DNA of 64,000 nucleotides, taken from NCBI GenBank assembly GCA_021800165.1, contig JAJYZF010000016.1, positions 1,223-65,222 on the forward strand. Direction: 5' to 3'. Of the stretch, positions 49,357 to 59,384 are shown in pieces (within the stretch, counting starts at the first letter, position 1; every line of letters starts with the position of its first letter). This DNA is from Planctomycetota bacterium. GTDB taxonomy: Bacteria > Planctomycetota > Phycisphaerae > WQYP01. The position numbers and the translations under genes are program-made. The notes below the pieces were generated by a model, which saw only the letters and a list, made by a program, of their open reading frames with translations, made no database searches and was not told where the DNA came from.

Positions 49357-50722
49357 GAGATACTATCAAAAGTTGTGGACGGAGTAAAAGAGGCAGCGTA
49401 ACCTAAAGGTTGGTTTCAATGTTCTTTTTTAGGAGTACGCCACCATGAGTAATAGTATGAACGAAAACATGAAGTTGGCAATCCCCTTCGCCGGTGATGC
49501 TTTGACCGAGGTGATCGCGCAAAGCGCCAAGGAGATTCTGGCCGCCGCCGTACAGGCGGAAGCCAGACAATGGATTGCCGAACGCTCTGATCTTCGGGAC
49601 CAGCGTGGCCACCGTCTGGTGGTGGCCAACGGCTATCTGCCGGAGCGGCAGGTTCTTACCGGTATTGGGCCAGTGTCGATCAAACAGCCCCGCATCGAAG
49701 ATCGGCGTCCCGCGGAACAGCGCGAAAAGCTCAATCGCCGGATACTGCCTGCGTATCTGCGTCGCACCAGCAGTATTGATGAAGCCATCCCCTGGATGTA
49801 TCTCTATGGCATAAGCACCAACGACATGGGGGATTCGCTCAAGGCTCTACTGGGACCCGCCATTGAGCATTTATCGCCCCATACCGTCAGCCGGCTGGTC
49901 AGCCAGTGGCAAACGCAATATGCCCACTGGAACCAACGTTCTCTGGCGGATGGACAGTACGTGTATCTCTGGGCGGATGGGGTGCATTTCAATGTACGTC
50001 TGGGCGATGACAATTCCGCCTGTATTCTGGTGATTCTGGGAGCCACGGCGGATGGAAACAAGGAGATTCTGGCCATCGCCGACGGCTACCGGGAAAGTGC
50101 GCAATCCTGGAAGGCCGTGCTTCTGGACCTGAAGAACCGCGGACTGCAGGCACCAAAACTGGCGATTGGAGATGGTGCCATGGGTTTCTGGGCGGCCATG
50201 GAAGAGGTGTACCCGTCCACAAAAGGCCAGCGCTGCTGGGTGCACAAAACGCTCAATGTATTGAGCTATTTTCCGAAGAATCTGCATGGTCAGGCCAGGG
50301 ACAAGATACATCAGATTTGGATGGCGGCAACGGAAGCGGATGCCCACAAGGCCTTTGATCTGTTCGTGCAAACCTACCAGGCTAAATACCCCAAAGCAGT
50401 AGCATGCTTAGGCAAAGATCGTGAAGCGTTATTGGCTTTTTATTATTTTCCAGCAGAGCATTGGGTGCATATCCGCACCACCAATCCGATCGAAAGTATC
50501 TTTTCAACTGTGCGGTTACGCCACGACAAGACGCGGAACAATGCCAGTCGGAAAGCCTGTCTGGCGATGGTATTCAAGCTATGTCAGAGTGCCCAGAGGG
50601 GCTTTCAGAGACTCAATGGCTCGGAATTAATCCCGGAGGTATTGGCCGGAATCAAATTCGAAAACGGAGTCAAACAAATTGCCGCCTGATTGCCCCAATC
50701 CACAACATTTGACAGTAACTCC
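49357..50722 (+). mobile_element. IS256-family insertion sequence (1366 bp) with imperfect ~26-bp terminal inverted repeats and 8-bp target duplication CGCCTAAC
   Basis: IRL GAGATACTATCAAAAGTTGTGGACGG (49357..). IRR reverse complement GAGTTACTGTCAAATGTTGTGGATTG (..50722). CGCCTAAC occurs at 49349..49356 and 50723..50730. The uninterrupted target ...CCGCCGCACCGCCTAACCAT.CC.ATGCTCCTTAGCCCA... is seen intact at 42051..42088, downstream of paralog 3. Confidence 0.85.
49445..50689 (+). CDS. IS256-family (mutator-type) transposase
   Basis: 414 aa with the motifs LWADGVHFNVR, NKEILAIADG, CWVHKTLNVLSY and TTNPIESIFSTVRLR (the IS256 C-terminal signature). Confidence 0.9.
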   Translation: MSNSMNENMKLAIPFAGDALTEVIAQSAKEILAAAVQAEARQWIAERSDLRDQRGHRLVVANGYLPERQVLTGIGPVSIKQPRIEDRRPAEQREKLNRRILPAYLRRTSSIDEAIPWMYLYGISTNDMGDSLKALLGPAIEHLSPHTVSRLVSQWQTQYAHWNQRSLADGQYVYLWADGVHFNVRLGDDNSACILVILGATADGNKEILAIADGYRESAQSWKAVLLDLKNRGLQAPKLAIGDGAMGFWAAMEEVYPSTKGQRCWVHKTLNVLSYFPKNLHGQARDKIHQIWMAATEADAHKAFDLFVQTYQAKYPKAVACLGKDREALLAFYYFPAEHWVHIRTTNPIESIFSTVRLRHDKTRNNASRKACLAMVFKLCQSAQRGFQRLNGSELIPEVLAGIKFENGVKQIAA

Positions 50723-50725
50723 CGC

Positions 50726-52387
50726 CTAACCATGCCCATGCTCCTTAGCCCACTGGCCCAACTCCGATTTTGCCGGCTCATTGTTGGCACCCAGTAAAAA
50801 CATCGTGGTGCCATCCGTTTCCATCGCCTCCCACCAATGCCGCTGGCCCGTGCCCAACAACGTCGCCGCCGTTACCCCACCCCGAAACATCTTCACATTG
50901 GGGGTCACACGCCGCAGCACTTGACAGCGGGGCGGATGATCAAACGTAAACTGTGGACCGCCATACACCTTCACCGAATCCGGCAAATTCCAGTTGATCG
51001 CCACACCCGTAATCCACCCGGTATGGTCCCGCGAAACCTCCGGCATAATGCTGATTCCGCCCTGTTTGAACCGCCGCAACAGCGTGAGGTTTTGCTCCGC
51101 TGTGGCAAAACCGTAGGGCAGGCCGCCCGTATCCCAAAACGCCACCCGCACGCCGTTGGCCGCCAGATTATTCCGCACGCGCAACAGGTAAGATTCCGCC
51201 ATCGGATTGCCATAAGCCATCGGGGCCGCACGATCGGGAAGGAACTTTTTATCCAATGCCCAGTGGGCGGCGTTTTGATCGATTCGCGGCGAAAAATTCG
51301 GATCAATCAATACCCCCATGATCATACCCGACCGGCTGGCCTGCTTCACCTGGGCAAACCACGACAACCGCTGGGGAAATGGCTCATAAATACCCTGTCC
51401 ATCCGGCGGCGCCCATTGAATATACCCATGGGCACCCAGCGCCTTGCATTGGGCCACCTTTTTTTCCAGACTGGGAAATGGCCAGCCCGTGGCCGCCCAG
51501 GGATTACTGGTGGCAAACACCGGCGATTCCGGAATCTCATAACGGGCCATGAATGGCACCAGACGCTCCTGCCGATAATCATCCATCGCAATTTCCGGCA
51601 TGCCGTGGCTGTAGTCACGCAGGCGAAAGCCAAATTCGGCACTCTGGCCCTTTTCAATGGTAAAGCAACCGGAGTCCAGCCATGGACGACACTCATCGCC
51701 CCGCGTTTGCCAGTGCAACTCAAAATTGCGCAACTCCTCATCAAAATATTCCACGCACACCCCGGCGGTGCTCCGCCGGTCATAAAACATCACCAGCGAT
51801 GAATACCGGTAATAACCCAAACCATCATTGCCCACTTCATTTTGCCACACCCGCTCCCGTCCGCCGCAGCACGCATCCAGGATCGCCCCGTGCGCAGGAT
51901 ATGGCGCGGTAAATGCCGGCAGGTCAAAGTTAATGCCCCGAATCGAGAATCCGTACCCATTTTCCACGCGGATTTTGAAATCCAGATTGCGTCCGTGTTG
52001 CCGCACTCGCGCATGAATCCGCACCTGCCCCCCCGCATCCTGCCACAGTTGCTCCAGCACCCCGCCCTTTTGCCCACTGGATTTACATACGCACCGGACC
52101 GTAAAAACATCTTGCGCCAAATGCCCCTTGCTATTGATATGGTCCCCCATCGCGTGGTGCGCTTGCACACTACGCACGGCGAATCCGCGGGTCTTATCCG
52201 CCGGCGCAACGATCTGAAACTCACGCCCCGCGTGCAGCAATTGACCGGCAACGCCGCGTGTACCCGCCGCGCCGGCCGCCGCCCCCGCGATTCCCGCGAT
52301 GGCCAAAAACTTACGCCGCGAAACACCCGCCGCATCGCGTCTGGTCTCCCCCGTCCAACCGTTGCCGCACTTGTTTGCATCCATCAT
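50726..52387 (-). CDS. Tat-exported protein, paralog family member 4
   Basis: SRRKFLAIAGIAGAAAGAAG. Same blocks: GYIQWAPPDGQGIYEPFPQRLSWF, LLRVRNNLAANGVRVAFWDTGGLPY, GISIMPEVSRD and PRCQVLRRVTPNVKMFRGG. The stop codon lies inside the right IS256 target duplication. Confidence 0.85.
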   Translation of the reverse strand: MMDANKCGNGWTGETRRDAAGVSRRKFLAIAGIAGAAAGAAGTRGVAGQLLHAGREFQIVAPADKTRGFAVRSVQAHHAMGDHINSKGHLAQDVFTVRCVCKSSGQKGGVLEQLWQDAGGQVRIHARVRQHGRNLDFKIRVENGYGFSIRGINFDLPAFTAPYPAHGAILDACCGGRERVWQNEVGNDGLGYYRYSSLVMFYDRRSTAGVCVEYFDEELRNFELHWQTRGDECRPWLDSGCFTIEKGQSAEFGFRLRDYSHGMPEIAMDDYRQERLVPFMARYEIPESPVFATSNPWAATGWPFPSLEKKVAQCKALGAHGYIQWAPPDGQGIYEPFPQRLSWFAQVKQASRSGMIMGVLIDPNFSPRIDQNAAHWALDKKFLPDRAAPMAYGNPMAESYLLRVRNNLAANGVRVAFWDTGGLPYGFATAEQNLTLLRRFKQGGISIMPEVSRDHTGWITGVAINWNLPDSVKVYGGPQFTFDHPPRCQVLRRVTPNVKMFRGGVTAATLLGTGQRHWWEAMETDGTTMFLLGANNEPAKSELGQWAKEHGHG

Positions 52388-52389
52388 AA

Positions 52390-53964
52390 TTACATCCCTT
52401 TGTCTCGACCATGTTCTTTGGCCCAGGTTTCAAGCTCACCGTTGGCGTCCACACACAAAACCGGCACGCTCACGCCATCGTCTTCCAACACATCCCACCA
52501 ATATCGACCGGCCCGTTGTTCCACTTTTCCCACACCACCTCGAAACATCCGGGCGTGGGGTGTCACGCGCCGCAACACCGGATACCGCGGTGGATCACCA
52601 AATGGAAACGCCCGGCCATAATACCACCCCAGCGTGGCCCCGGTCACCCACGCTGTAAAATCTTGCGCGCCTTCTGTAATAATCATGATGCCGGCCTTTT
52701 TCCATTGATATAAAAGTGTTAAATACTGCTCCGGCGTAGTGTTGCACTGCTGGTTATAGCCGTTATAGCCGCCGCAATCCCAATAGGCTACGCTCACCCC
52801 GTTGGTCGCTAGATTATCACGCATTTTATACAAGAAGGACTGCGCTTCGGGCCGGGCCACCGCCATCGGCACCACCCGGTTTGGCACAAATTTCCGGTCC
52901 AACGCCCAATGCGCCGCGCTTTGATCGATCCGCGGAGAATACCACGGATTGATCAGCACGCCCACCGGAATACCCAACTTACTGGCCGCTTTCATCTGCA
53001 CAAACCACTCAAGTCGCTCCGGAAATGGTTCGTAATAGCCCTGCCCATCCGGCGGTGCCCATTGAATGTAACCGTTCGCCCCCAGCGACTTGCAGTAGGC
53101 CACGTCCTTGACCAGATCATTCTTCGGAAAAGGCCAGCCGCTGCTCGCCCATGGACCTGTGGTTTCATAAGGGGGAGCTTCCGGAATCCCCAGCCCAGCC
53201 ATAAACGGCACCAGCCGTTGCCGACGATAGTCATCCAGCGCCGCCTCCGGCAGCCCCTGTCGATAAGAGGTCATGCAAAAAACCACGTCGGCGGTCTTAC
53301 CCTTTTCCAATCCCAGCGTGTAACCCAAAAAGGGCTGAAAGCCCGCCGGATCGGCGAACCAGAACACGCCGGATTGGGCATGACGCAAAAGTCGGTCGAA
53401 ATATTCCACACACATACCTTCGCCGCTGCGGCTGTCAAAAAACACCGCCAGCGGCGAATACCCTCCACCCCCGCATTGACCAAAACCATGCCCACCCAAG
53501 CGCCGAATGTTGCCTCCCCAGTACGTGTCCATGACCGCAATACCCTCGCCCGGCACGATACGCAAGGGCAAACGGAAATTAATTGTCCGGATGTCGAACG
53601 CATAACCATTTTCCACCCGCAAACGCACCGTTACCCGCTCTCCCGCCGCAGCCAGTTGCGCCGGCAGCAGCGCCGCCTCCACCGGATCCCTCTTCGGATA
53701 TTGCTCGCTGCAAATGCTCACCTGCACCTGCACATGGCCGCCGACATCCTGCCACATCTGCTCCCATGCCCCCCGCCGCCCCCGGCTGGATTTGCAAACA
53801 AACTTCCTGATCTCAAAAAGTCTTGGCTCCAGATGCCCCTTCGCATCCAGCCGATCCCCCAATGGATCGTGCGCTTTGACGCTCTCCACCGCAAAGCCGT
53901 GCTGAATATCGGTGGGCGGATAAAATTGCCCCCATCCGCCGCGTCTGCTATTGGTCGTCGCCAT
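52390..53964 (-). CDS. Paralog family member 5 (divergent, no signal peptide, canonical I-I-T-E motif)
   Basis: MATTNSRRGGWGQ... has no hydrophobic signal. Same blocks: GYIQWAPPDGQGYYEPFPERLEWF, LYKMRDNLATNGVSVAYWDCGG, GIMIITEGAQD and PRYPVLRRVTPHARMFRGG. AAGGAG RBS. Separated from member 4 by 2 bp. Confidence 0.85.
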   Translation of the reverse strand: MATTNSRRGGWGQFYPPTDIQHGFAVESVKAHDPLGDRLDAKGHLEPRLFEIRKFVCKSSRGRRGAWEQMWQDVGGHVQVQVSICSEQYPKRDPVEAALLPAQLAAAGERVTVRLRVENGYAFDIRTINFRLPLRIVPGEGIAVMDTYWGGNIRRLGGHGFGQCGGGGYSPLAVFFDSRSGEGMCVEYFDRLLRHAQSGVFWFADPAGFQPFLGYTLGLEKGKTADVVFCMTSYRQGLPEAALDDYRRQRLVPFMAGLGIPEAPPYETTGPWASSGWPFPKNDLVKDVAYCKSLGANGYIQWAPPDGQGYYEPFPERLEWFVQMKAASKLGIPVGVLINPWYSPRIDQSAAHWALDRKFVPNRVVPMAVARPEAQSFLYKMRDNLATNGVSVAYWDCGGYNGYNQQCNTTPEQYLTLLYQWKKAGIMIITEGAQDFTAWVTGATLGWYYGRAFPFGDPPRYPVLRRVTPHARMFRGGVGKVEQRAGRYWWDVLEDDGVSVPVLCVDANGELETWAKEHGRDKGM

Positions 53965-54099
53965 AAGCCTACTCCTTAAGAAGGTCCGCGCCGCCCTCTA
54001 CTTTCTACTTTCACTCCTCCCGCGCAGCCACCCATTGCGCCGTCTTCCTTGGCCACGCCTGTTTACCAACTCACCTTTCTCACGCAGCGCTCCGCCAAG

Positions 54100-57000
54100 C
54101 TAATGATTTCGCACCAGTGCGATAAGCCGCACGCCATACGGACCGATGTTCAACGCAATGACATTGCCGTCCACCGGAATTGGCAGCGTTCCCAAGCTTT
54201 CGGCGTTATAAGCTTTGAATCCATTTTCTTTCAAGCCCAATGCCGCCAAATTCAACTTAACCTTAACTTGGCCCTTGATCGACCCCAGTGTGCGCGCATA
54301 GCCGCTGTTATTAAGCACCACCACCAGCGCTTTACCCAGGTCCGGTTTCAGGTAAACGCTGCATCGCGTAGCCCATCCCGCGTTAGCCGCCGGATTTTTC
54401 CGCCACCAGGGCAAAAACCGCACGTCCTTAGCCGCGATGTTCCACCAATCCACTGCGGGCATAAATATCCCGCTGTAGCCCCCGATGTCACCCCATCCCC
54501 AGATATCGTTAAGCATAAACAGTCCCATCACCATGCGGGCATTTTGCACCCGCACGCTGGCTATGCCCCCGTTCGGAAATGATTTGTTGTTGAGCACCCA
54601 GTCCACATAGCGTGAATCCATCATCGGAACCTGTCCGAACATCCGATTGCTGAACGTACAACGCAGCAGATTATCCGTCAGCGCAGCGCGAATACCGTGT
54701 GTCACCATCTTGTGCAGGATGTCCGTCCAGCCCATGAACTCGCCGTCCAGGGTAACGTTGCAGAAGCTTTGCACCGGCATGAGCAAACAGGTGGACCGAT
54801 GAACCCAGATGATGCCGTTTCTGCCGCGATGATCCAGCATCACCGCATACATCCGCCGCGCCATGCGACGCGCCGCCAGAATCGGATACGTGGGCTTGAC
54901 GCGTCCGTGGCCGGCGTCGTAGCCGAAGCCCGCCATCCGGTTGGAAGACGGCATGTTGCCCGCATCGCCGTCAATGTAAATCCCGGCCGCGGGGTAATGC
55001 GCTAAAAACTTGTTCAACTGCCATACGTAATGATCCACAAAACTCGGCGACGGATTGACATTTTCCGTGGCCCAGCCCGGAGCACTGCCAATTTGACCGC
55101 TTTCCGGAACTATTCCCCATTCCGGAGCAAACTCTTTCCACAGCGGCATCAACTTCCTGGGATTCTTTTGCGCAAACGCGCGAATGCCACAAAAATCAGT
55201 GCTCGTAAATGGACACCAGGCTCGGTAGCGCCCGGGTTCAAAGGGCTTCTGTAAGATTCCCGGACCGGGGACGAGCCACGCCGGCGAAACCGACCACCAT
55301 GAATAATCCAATTGCAAACACCGCCACGGACGGCCGATGCCCTGCCGATACCTGTCCGGCGGACTGTTGCTCCATCCACGCCATCCACGAGGCATTGCCC
55401 GTACTGGGGTGCCCATCAGCCCAAAGGCGATGGTAAAATGACGGGGCATCGTAGCCGTCTGGCCGATCACGTTCATGACTATACGCCCCCCTCCGCCCGT
55501 CACCGGTAGCACCTCCATTTGCTTATTGGGATCCGCATTGTGCCAGTACTGATCCGACTGGGCAAACCATTCCAACCCCGCGCTGGTGCCGCCCACAAAA
55601 ATATACGCCAGATACGGCATAAATGGGTGGCTCCAGCGCCGCGTTGGAAAGGCATTGCTGCGACGTGTGTCGTACTGCATAAACAAGCTATGTTGCGCAT
55701 TGATCGGCACACGCACCTTCAGCGGACCGATTTGCTCCTTGTGCCCCGCCGCAAACGCAAAGCTGCTCCACAAAAATCCGTCATAATCCACCCGCGTCGT
55801 GGCCACCACGCGGTAAGGCCCCGCATGCCCCACCGACCTTAACACCACCCGCGCCGGGCCATGGCTTACCACCTGCGCCGGACCGAAGACTACCGTCGAT
55901 TTTCCCAAAACCCAGTGCACCGGACCGGAAAGAAGCTCCTGGCCCCGGCTGACCATGGAAGTAGGCAGCGGCCCCCCAAAAAAATCGTACGCACGGCCCC
56001 ATAGGCTTACCGTCGGACCATGCGGCGTAGCGGTTAATCGGATCGGTGTCCATGGCCACAGAACCACATCCTTATCCCCGAGCTTATTGCCCATCCAGCG
56101 CGGATGCACCTTCTTAAAACTCAGGGCGGGCGTGTGAAAACCAGTCTGGGCTATACCGCTGACATAATACCTGCCCACCGGCAGATCCGAAAAATGTACT
56201 GTGGCTTTTGTCTGAACTTTTTTCCCCGACAACGCAAAAGCCTGCTGGGCCACCGTTTTTCCGGCGGCATTTTTAACCACAATACGACCCAGCCTTGGCC
56301 CCCGCCCCGGCATGACCACATTCACCGCCAAGATCGACGCCGTTTGATAGAATTTCGCGTAAATAGCCAAGTGCCTGCCGCGGCTGGCTAAAGCCCATCG
56401 CCGCGCCCCCATCTGATAAATTTTCTTGGCTTGTTCCGCTAAAACAAAGCTCTTCAAGACCGTCACTTTCGCCAGTAGACTTTTCCATGGCTTAGCCGCC
56501 AGCGGCCTGGCCTTGACTCCGGTATATGGTTCCCAATAGGCCCGGGCGATTTTCTTGTCCCATCCCAGATAAATGCGATTGCCCAAATGACGGAGAAAAA
56601 TTGCGGAATCACGCACCACACCCCGGCGCTGGCCGTTCAGGTACATCGCGTCGTACCCCTTCCGCCAGGTAATAATATAGTTATACCACTTGCCGGGACC
56701 CAGCACGCTTGCTAAATCGCGGGCCATCCTCAGCGGTGCCGTGCAGCCGATACCGGTCGGAAAGCCACTGATCAGATGGCCATGGTTGTACCACGCCAGC
56801 AGCAAGTCCCCAAACGGGTAAAATGTTTGTACCACCAGTTGCTGGGCCTTGCGGCCGCCGTTGGTATGCATCAACACCTGCAAGGCATTGCCGTTGGAGC
56901 CGTCCCAATTCACCGGCGATAGCCATAGGCTGATTGTCCCCTGACGCGGATTCAAATTGCCTTTCAATTTGTATACCAACGCATCTCTGCCATTGCGCAA

Positions 57001-57234
57001 CTCCACCGCCTTGCCGCCCTGCGGACCCGCCACAATCCGCGGATGACCAATGATTTTTACCGGAACCGGATCGCCCCCCGCAATCGTGGCCTTGAAACCG
57101 TGTGCGAAATTAAGGTATAACCCCACATCTTTACTGGAAGCCGCAGCCGAATTTACCCTGACCGCCACCGACAACGCCACCGTGAGGCCCACTACGATTT
57201 TGCCCCATGTCGGCCACCGAATTGATGCTAGCAT
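54100..57234 (-). CDS. Large secreted hypothetical protein (~1044 aa) with an N-terminal concanavalin/LamG-like region
   Basis: Signal peptide MLASIRWPTWGKIVVGLTVALSVAVRVNSAAA from the ATG at 57234 (GGAG RBS). No confident family assignment. The C-terminal half is rich in W and G, as in carbohydrate-active enzymes. Confidence 0.6.
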   Translation of the reverse strand: MLASIRWPTWGKIVVGLTVALSVAVRVNSAAASSKDVGLYLNFAHGFKATIAGGDPVPVKIIGHPRIVAGPQGGKAVELRNGRDALVYKLKGNLNPRQGTISLWLSPVNWDGSNGNALQVLMHTNGGRKAQQLVVQTFYPFGDLLLAWYNHGHLISGFPTGIGCTAPLRMARDLASVLGPGKWYNYIITWRKGYDAMYLNGQRRGVVRDSAIFLRHLGNRIYLGWDKKIARAYWEPYTGVKARPLAAKPWKSLLAKVTVLKSFVLAEQAKKIYQMGARRWALASRGRHLAIYAKFYQTASILAVNVVMPGRGPRLGRIVVKNAAGKTVAQQAFALSGKKVQTKATVHFSDLPVGRYYVSGIAQTGFHTPALSFKKVHPRWMGNKLGDKDVVLWPWTPIRLTATPHGPTVSLWGRAYDFFGGPLPTSMVSRGQELLSGPVHWVLGKSTVVFGPAQVVSHGPARVVLRSVGHAGPYRVVATTRVDYDGFLWSSFAFAAGHKEQIGPLKVRVPINAQHSLFMQYDTRRSNAFPTRRWSHPFMPYLAYIFVGGTSAGLEWFAQSDQYWHNADPNKQMEVLPVTGGGGRIVMNVIGQTATMPRHFTIAFGLMGTPVRAMPRGWRGWSNSPPDRYRQGIGRPWRCLQLDYSWWSVSPAWLVPGPGILQKPFEPGRYRAWCPFTSTDFCGIRAFAQKNPRKLMPLWKEFAPEWGIVPESGQIGSAPGWATENVNPSPSFVDHYVWQLNKFLAHYPAAGIYIDGDAGNMPSSNRMAGFGYDAGHGRVKPTYPILAARRMARRMYAVMLDHRGRNGIIWVHRSTCLLMPVQSFCNVTLDGEFMGWTDILHKMVTHGIRAALTDNLLRCTFSNRMFGQVPMMDSRYVDWVLNNKSFPNGGIASVRVQNARMVMGLFMLNDIWGWGDIGGYSGIFMPAVDWWNIAAKDVRFLPWWRKNPAANAGWATRCSVYLKPDLGKALVVVLNNSGYARTLGSIKGQVKVKLNLAALGLKENGFKAYNAESLGTLPIPVDGNVIALNIGPYGVRLIALVRNH

Positions 57235-57348
57235 TAAACGAACTCCGTTAATACACCCACTAACGACACCGAAATCCCGATGCCGCACGAACTGCCAATC
57301 AGGCACCATCCCCCCGTCTGCTGCTCACCTCTCTCGCGCAGCGCCGTG

Positions 57349-58218
57349 TTACGGCAACGTCGGCAACGGACTAGGCGTTTTCCAGCCTTCACACCAGTTT
57401 TTAGTGTAAAGCTGGGTCAGCGGCACGCTCGCGGCATGCCCATCCAGATACACCACATTGTTTACTCCCTGATGCCGATCTAAATCCAATCGCCACATCG
57501 AGGGAAATGGAGTCCACGCCGTGAGCGCGAAGCTGCCCTTTAGATCAGATGGTGGCCCATAGGTGGAAGGATCCTGATACCACGGCGAGTCGTCCAGGGA
57601 CATGCTGTCTGAAAAAACCGGCACGCTTGCCGAGCTTACGTTAATACTGGCGATATGTTCCGGCCATGGATCCCACCAGCCCACTTCCCAAGCCGGCGGC
57701 GGCCCGGGACTGTACAGCCAGCCGTTAAATCCATAACTGCCGTAGCGATAGACGTTGTCATAAAGGGGATAGCTGCTGTTATACCACGATCCAGCCGTCC
57801 ACGCTTCATTGGTGGATCCCCATCCCCAGGAAACGGTGTTAAAAGGCAGAGTTACGCTCGCCGACGGGCAAAGCAATACCGGTGGGCTTTGCGCCCCATC
57901 CGGATTGCTGCCCCAATAAGGTTCCAGCGAATGCACCCAGAAGTTCGCCGAGTAAACCCACCCCAAGGTATCCCCTTGGTTGGTGGTCACGTACATCTGA
58001 TAAGCCAGACCCAGTTGGCGCTCGTTGGACAGGCATACCGCGGTGTTGGCCTCCTGCCGAGCCGCCGCCAGCGCCGGCAGCAGCAGGGCTATCAAAATGG
58101 CGATAATGGAAATCACCACCAAAAGTTCGACCAGCGTAAAACCACGCTCCCGCCGTGCCGAGGACCGCAAGACGGGAGAACGACGCCCAGTGGAAAAGTC
58201 AAATGCGCCTATTTCCAT
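57349..58218 (-). CDS. Prepilin-type N-terminal cleavage/methylation domain protein, DUF1559 family, copy 2
   Basis: [32 protein letters not shown], then [17 protein letters not shown]. About 80% identical to copy 1. Confidence 0.8.
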   Translation of the reverse strand: MEIGAFDFSTGRRSPVLRSSARRERGFTLVELLVVISIIAILIALLLPALAAARQEANTAVCLSNERQLGLAYQMYVTTNQGDTLGWVYSANFWVHSLEPYWGSNPDGAQSPPVLLCPSASVTLPFNTVSWGWGSTNEAWTAGSWYNSSYPLYDNVYRYGSYGFNGWLYSPGPPPAWEVGWWDPWPEHIASINVSSASVPVFSDSMSLDDSPWYQDPSTYGPPSDLKGSFALTAWTPFPSMWRLDLDRHQGVNNVVYLDGHAASVPLTQLYTKNWCEGWKTPSPLPTLP

Positions 58219-58358
58219 GTTCGTGCTCCAGTAAAGCCAACATGCCCACACGCCCGCCGCGCCCGTCCTTGTGCTCGTTTCTCCGATGCTCAACCGGCCG
58301 CCGTCAAGCCAAGCTCACCGCCGACGCAATAACGGCGGCGGTGAGTTCTCTTACCAGC

Positions 58359-59249
58359 CTACGCCGTTCGCCGCCGCTTCACCAGCAGCATCCCCAAACC
58401 GCCCGCCGCCAGCAATCCCAGCGCCCCCGGTTCGGGAGTCGCGATAACTTGGAACCCATCCAGTGCTGCTCGAGAGCCACTGTTTCCAACCGCAACTGTA
58501 ATATTCAACGTGGTTCCTGTTATTCCCGTAAATTCCACGTAATTACCGACGGTAGAGGCCGTGGCAAGGGTAAAGGTACCAGAATCGACGAAACTATTAT
58601 TCGGATTACTGCTACCCGTATTACTAAGCTTAACATTGCTTAGCGTAGCTCCATTAACCGTGTAATCGGCCACGTCCGTATAGCTACTATTGGCCGAATT
58701 TACATAAAGGATCACGTCATACGGCGTGGTTCCGGTTCCAGCAATGCTTGTTGGAAGACTGCTCACCGTCACTGTCGCGTCCGGACCGTAGGTAGCGCTG
58801 TAATTGCCCGACCCAGTCGACGGGTAGCCGACATCAAGGTAGCTCTCTTGCAGATATACGTTCTGTTGCTCTTGGGTTGAAATTCCATTGGACGGCAACG
58901 CTCCCGAACCCACCAGCCCGGGTGCCCCGAAGGAAAGCAAAGTGCCGCTGGCGGAACTGCCATCGCTCAAGACCAAGTTGCCCACATTATTACCGGCTCC
59001 CGGATAATTCCCGCTGCCATTGGCCGGGTTATCCACGTTGTTCCAGTTGGCCTGAGCCACGTAACCCGCCGTTCCGGTGACCGCTGTTGTTTGGGTACTT
59101 GTAGTGTGTTGCCAGAAATGTACGCCTAGCATCGCCGCATTGGCCGCCTGGCCACCCATAGCCATCGCCGCCGCCCCGATGGCTGCGGCCCCCAAGGCCC
59201 ACACCATCCCGTTGCTCTTGACCCTCTCGGTCCCGTTGTTGGTAAGCAT
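58359..59249 (-). CDS. Thr/Gly/Asn-rich PEP-CTERM protein
   Basis: N-terminus [33 protein letters not shown], identical to 48166..49029. C-terminus TPEPGALGLLAAGGLGMLLVKRRRTA. Confidence 0.8.
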   Translation of the reverse strand: MLTNNGTERVKSNGMVWALGAAAIGAAAMAMGGQAANAAMLGVHFWQHTTSTQTTAVTGTAGYVAQANWNNVDNPANGSGNYPGAGNNVGNLVLSDGSSASGTLLSFGAPGLVGSGALPSNGISTQEQQNVYLQESYLDVGYPSTGSGNYSATYGPDATVTVSSLPTSIAGTGTTPYDVILYVNSANSSYTDVADYTVNGATLSNVKLSNTGSSNPNNSFVDSGTFTLATASTVGNYVEFTGITGTTLNITVAVGNSGSRAALDGFQVIATPEPGALGLLAAGGLGMLLVKRRRTA

Positions 59250-59355
59250 AACACTCTCCTTATAAAAAATGCGCTTACTATCTCACCGCGATTCGCTTAC
59301 CGCGATACACCGCCCGGCAAACCGCCTCGCCTAAAACGCCATTAAACCGTGAATC

Positions 59356-59384
59356 ACCATAACACACGCCCAGGCCCGTGTCAA
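59356..59384 (-). promoter_or_regulatory. Sigma70-type promoter (TTGACA, 17-bp spacer, TATGGT) plus conserved leader for PEP-CTERM gene 58359..59249
   Basis: Minus-strand sense cTTGACAcgggcctgggcgtgtgtTATGGTgattc, a conserved copy of the 49136..49164 element. Confidence 0.55.

Noticed and set aside
50837-53979. Plus-strand ORFs 50837..51802, 51842..52621 and 52909..53979
   Set aside because: They are antisense shadows of paralogs 4 and 5.
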